Position numbers and translations under genes: made by a program. A stretch of 64,000 nt of DNA from Lama guanicoe. Taxonomy: Eukaryota. Numbering within the stretch: the first letter of the stretch is position 1; every line of letters starts with the position of its first letter. Shown piece after piece: positions 62,735 through 64,000 of the stretch. The notes under the pieces are model-generated. The model made no database searches. It was not told the origin of the DNA and saw only the letters and a program-made list of their open reading frames with translations. The stretch is from assembly GCA_013239625.1 (NCBI GenBank), contig MU053934.1:1271285-1335284 (forward strand), read 5' to 3'.

Positions 62735-63876
62735 CAGAGACTAAATTCCCTGTGCCTGGCATTGTGCTTGGCTTATGTTATAGCACCCAATAAATGTCTG
62801 TTGAATGAAAAAAAAAAAAAAGAAGGGATTGAGTATGACCCTTGGAGATTAAAATAAGCTTTGTGGAAGAGGTGACATTGCATCCTAGCTTTGAAGGATC
62901 AGAGCTATTTCACTCTATGGGCTGTTGTCTGACAACCAGAAAAACCATCCTCTTCATCCCGGAGAGGTACAGACCAAGAGGAGAGGGATGAAAGCCACGG
63001 AATTCAGGACAAGCTAAGAGATGACAGTGGGCGCATTCATCAGTTCCTGATGGGAGGCAGGGACCCTCCTCCTTCCATCTTTTCTGTAGCTTGCATGATT
63101 TAAACCAAAACTTAAAAAGAAGCACCCGGTGGTGCAGCAGGTAATAAACTTACGGAATTCATTTTCCCAAGAGGCTGCTGAGGTGGAAATTTTAAATCAT
63201 TTCCCAAAAGTCTTAGTTAAATTCATGAGTGATTGATTCCTAGTGGATTATCAAAGCCTGTTAGGAAGAAATCCTTAAATTTTAAGATTGAAATCTTGGA
63301 AAACAGGTGTCCTCTGCTTTGATACTTCTCCCTACCCCTCTGTCATAGGCAAAATATTAGGCTGGTATATATTTCCAAGTTGACTCAGTGTGACAATGCA
63401 ATTAGGGAATCACTGCCAGGAGACATCTGAAATAGCACTCTGGACCAGGAAGGGCCAGTCCAGGGCATGTGTGTCATCACTCCTCCTGACCGGTGCATAG
63501 CAGACATCACTAGTCTATTACAGCACCATTTGCTGCGCAGTCCCATTATAGCTCCAGACTCTTCCCTCGCATAGTCACGACTTGACCACCCCCAGTGGAC
63601 CCCACCTCTTCATGGAAGGTAAAAATAAGACTCAGGGAATAGAAGAGATTAGTTCAAGATGTTTGCTCCAGGGTTATCTCTTCAAAATCTCTAGGCTGGC
63701 CATATAGTATGGGAAGCCAATAAAACCCCAGTGTGCAGTCAAGGATCCATGCCTCTGTGCCAGGTGACTGAGAGATAGGTGATCCTGCAGTCCCTTCCCT
63801 CCTTTCCTATTCATAAATCTGCTATTTGCTTTATGTAATGAAAATCTGGACTTAGGAGATAATACATGAGAGTCAG

Positions 63877-63965
63877 GAAGAGGAGGAGGTGGCGGGAAGA
63901 GGATAAGATGGAGGAAGGATGAGCAGGAAGAGGAGGAGGACGTGGAGGAGGAGGGAAAGGAAAGA
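63877..63965. repeat. Purine-rich low-complexity (GAG/GGA) tract
   Basis: Direct reading. Confidence 0.8.
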
Positions 63966-64000
63966 ATCTTTCATGTATACATTACATTTGACATTTTACA

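Noticed and set aside
63877..63965. Possible acidic (poly-Glu) coding exon
   Set aside because: Low-complexity purine tract with no splice context or sustained ORF.
1..64000. CRISPR array, operon, intact ERV, processed pseudogene or other novel multi-gene system
   Set aside because: I saw no regularly spaced repeat-spacer array, no long ORFs, no gag/pol/env remnants between LTR pairs and no mRNA-like retrocopy. The sequence is explained by ordinary mammalian repeats plus unique non-coding DNA.

Overview
This is mammalian, almost certainly camelid (camel/alpaca/llama/vicuna), non-coding genomic DNA from an intergenic region or a large intron. The taxon call rests on four tRNA-derived Vic-1-type SINEs and cetartiodactyl-type L1 3' UTRs; I saw no Alu, B1/B2, Bov-tA/BovB or PRE-1. 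The window is dominated by ancient eutherian repeats (MIR, L2, MaLR/ERVL LTRs, hAT MITEs), with younger L1 and Vic-1 insertions, several with readable target-site duplications (TSDs). No host protein-coding exon, RNA gene or CRISPR array can be supported. The only recognisable peptides in the ORF track are LINE-1 ORF2 fragments. I did not find a credible new biological system. The best leads are modest: a 124-bp young-subfamily patch inside an older L1, a ~110-bp deletion beside a G-tract in a young L1, a perfected 13-bp hairpin in a MIR, a CpG-rich TATA/ETS promoter-like segment near 45.6 kb, two candidate small exons, and several repeat-free motif-dense segments. Repeat family names come from recalled consensus sequences, not a database search, and boundaries of old repeats are approximate (tens of bp).
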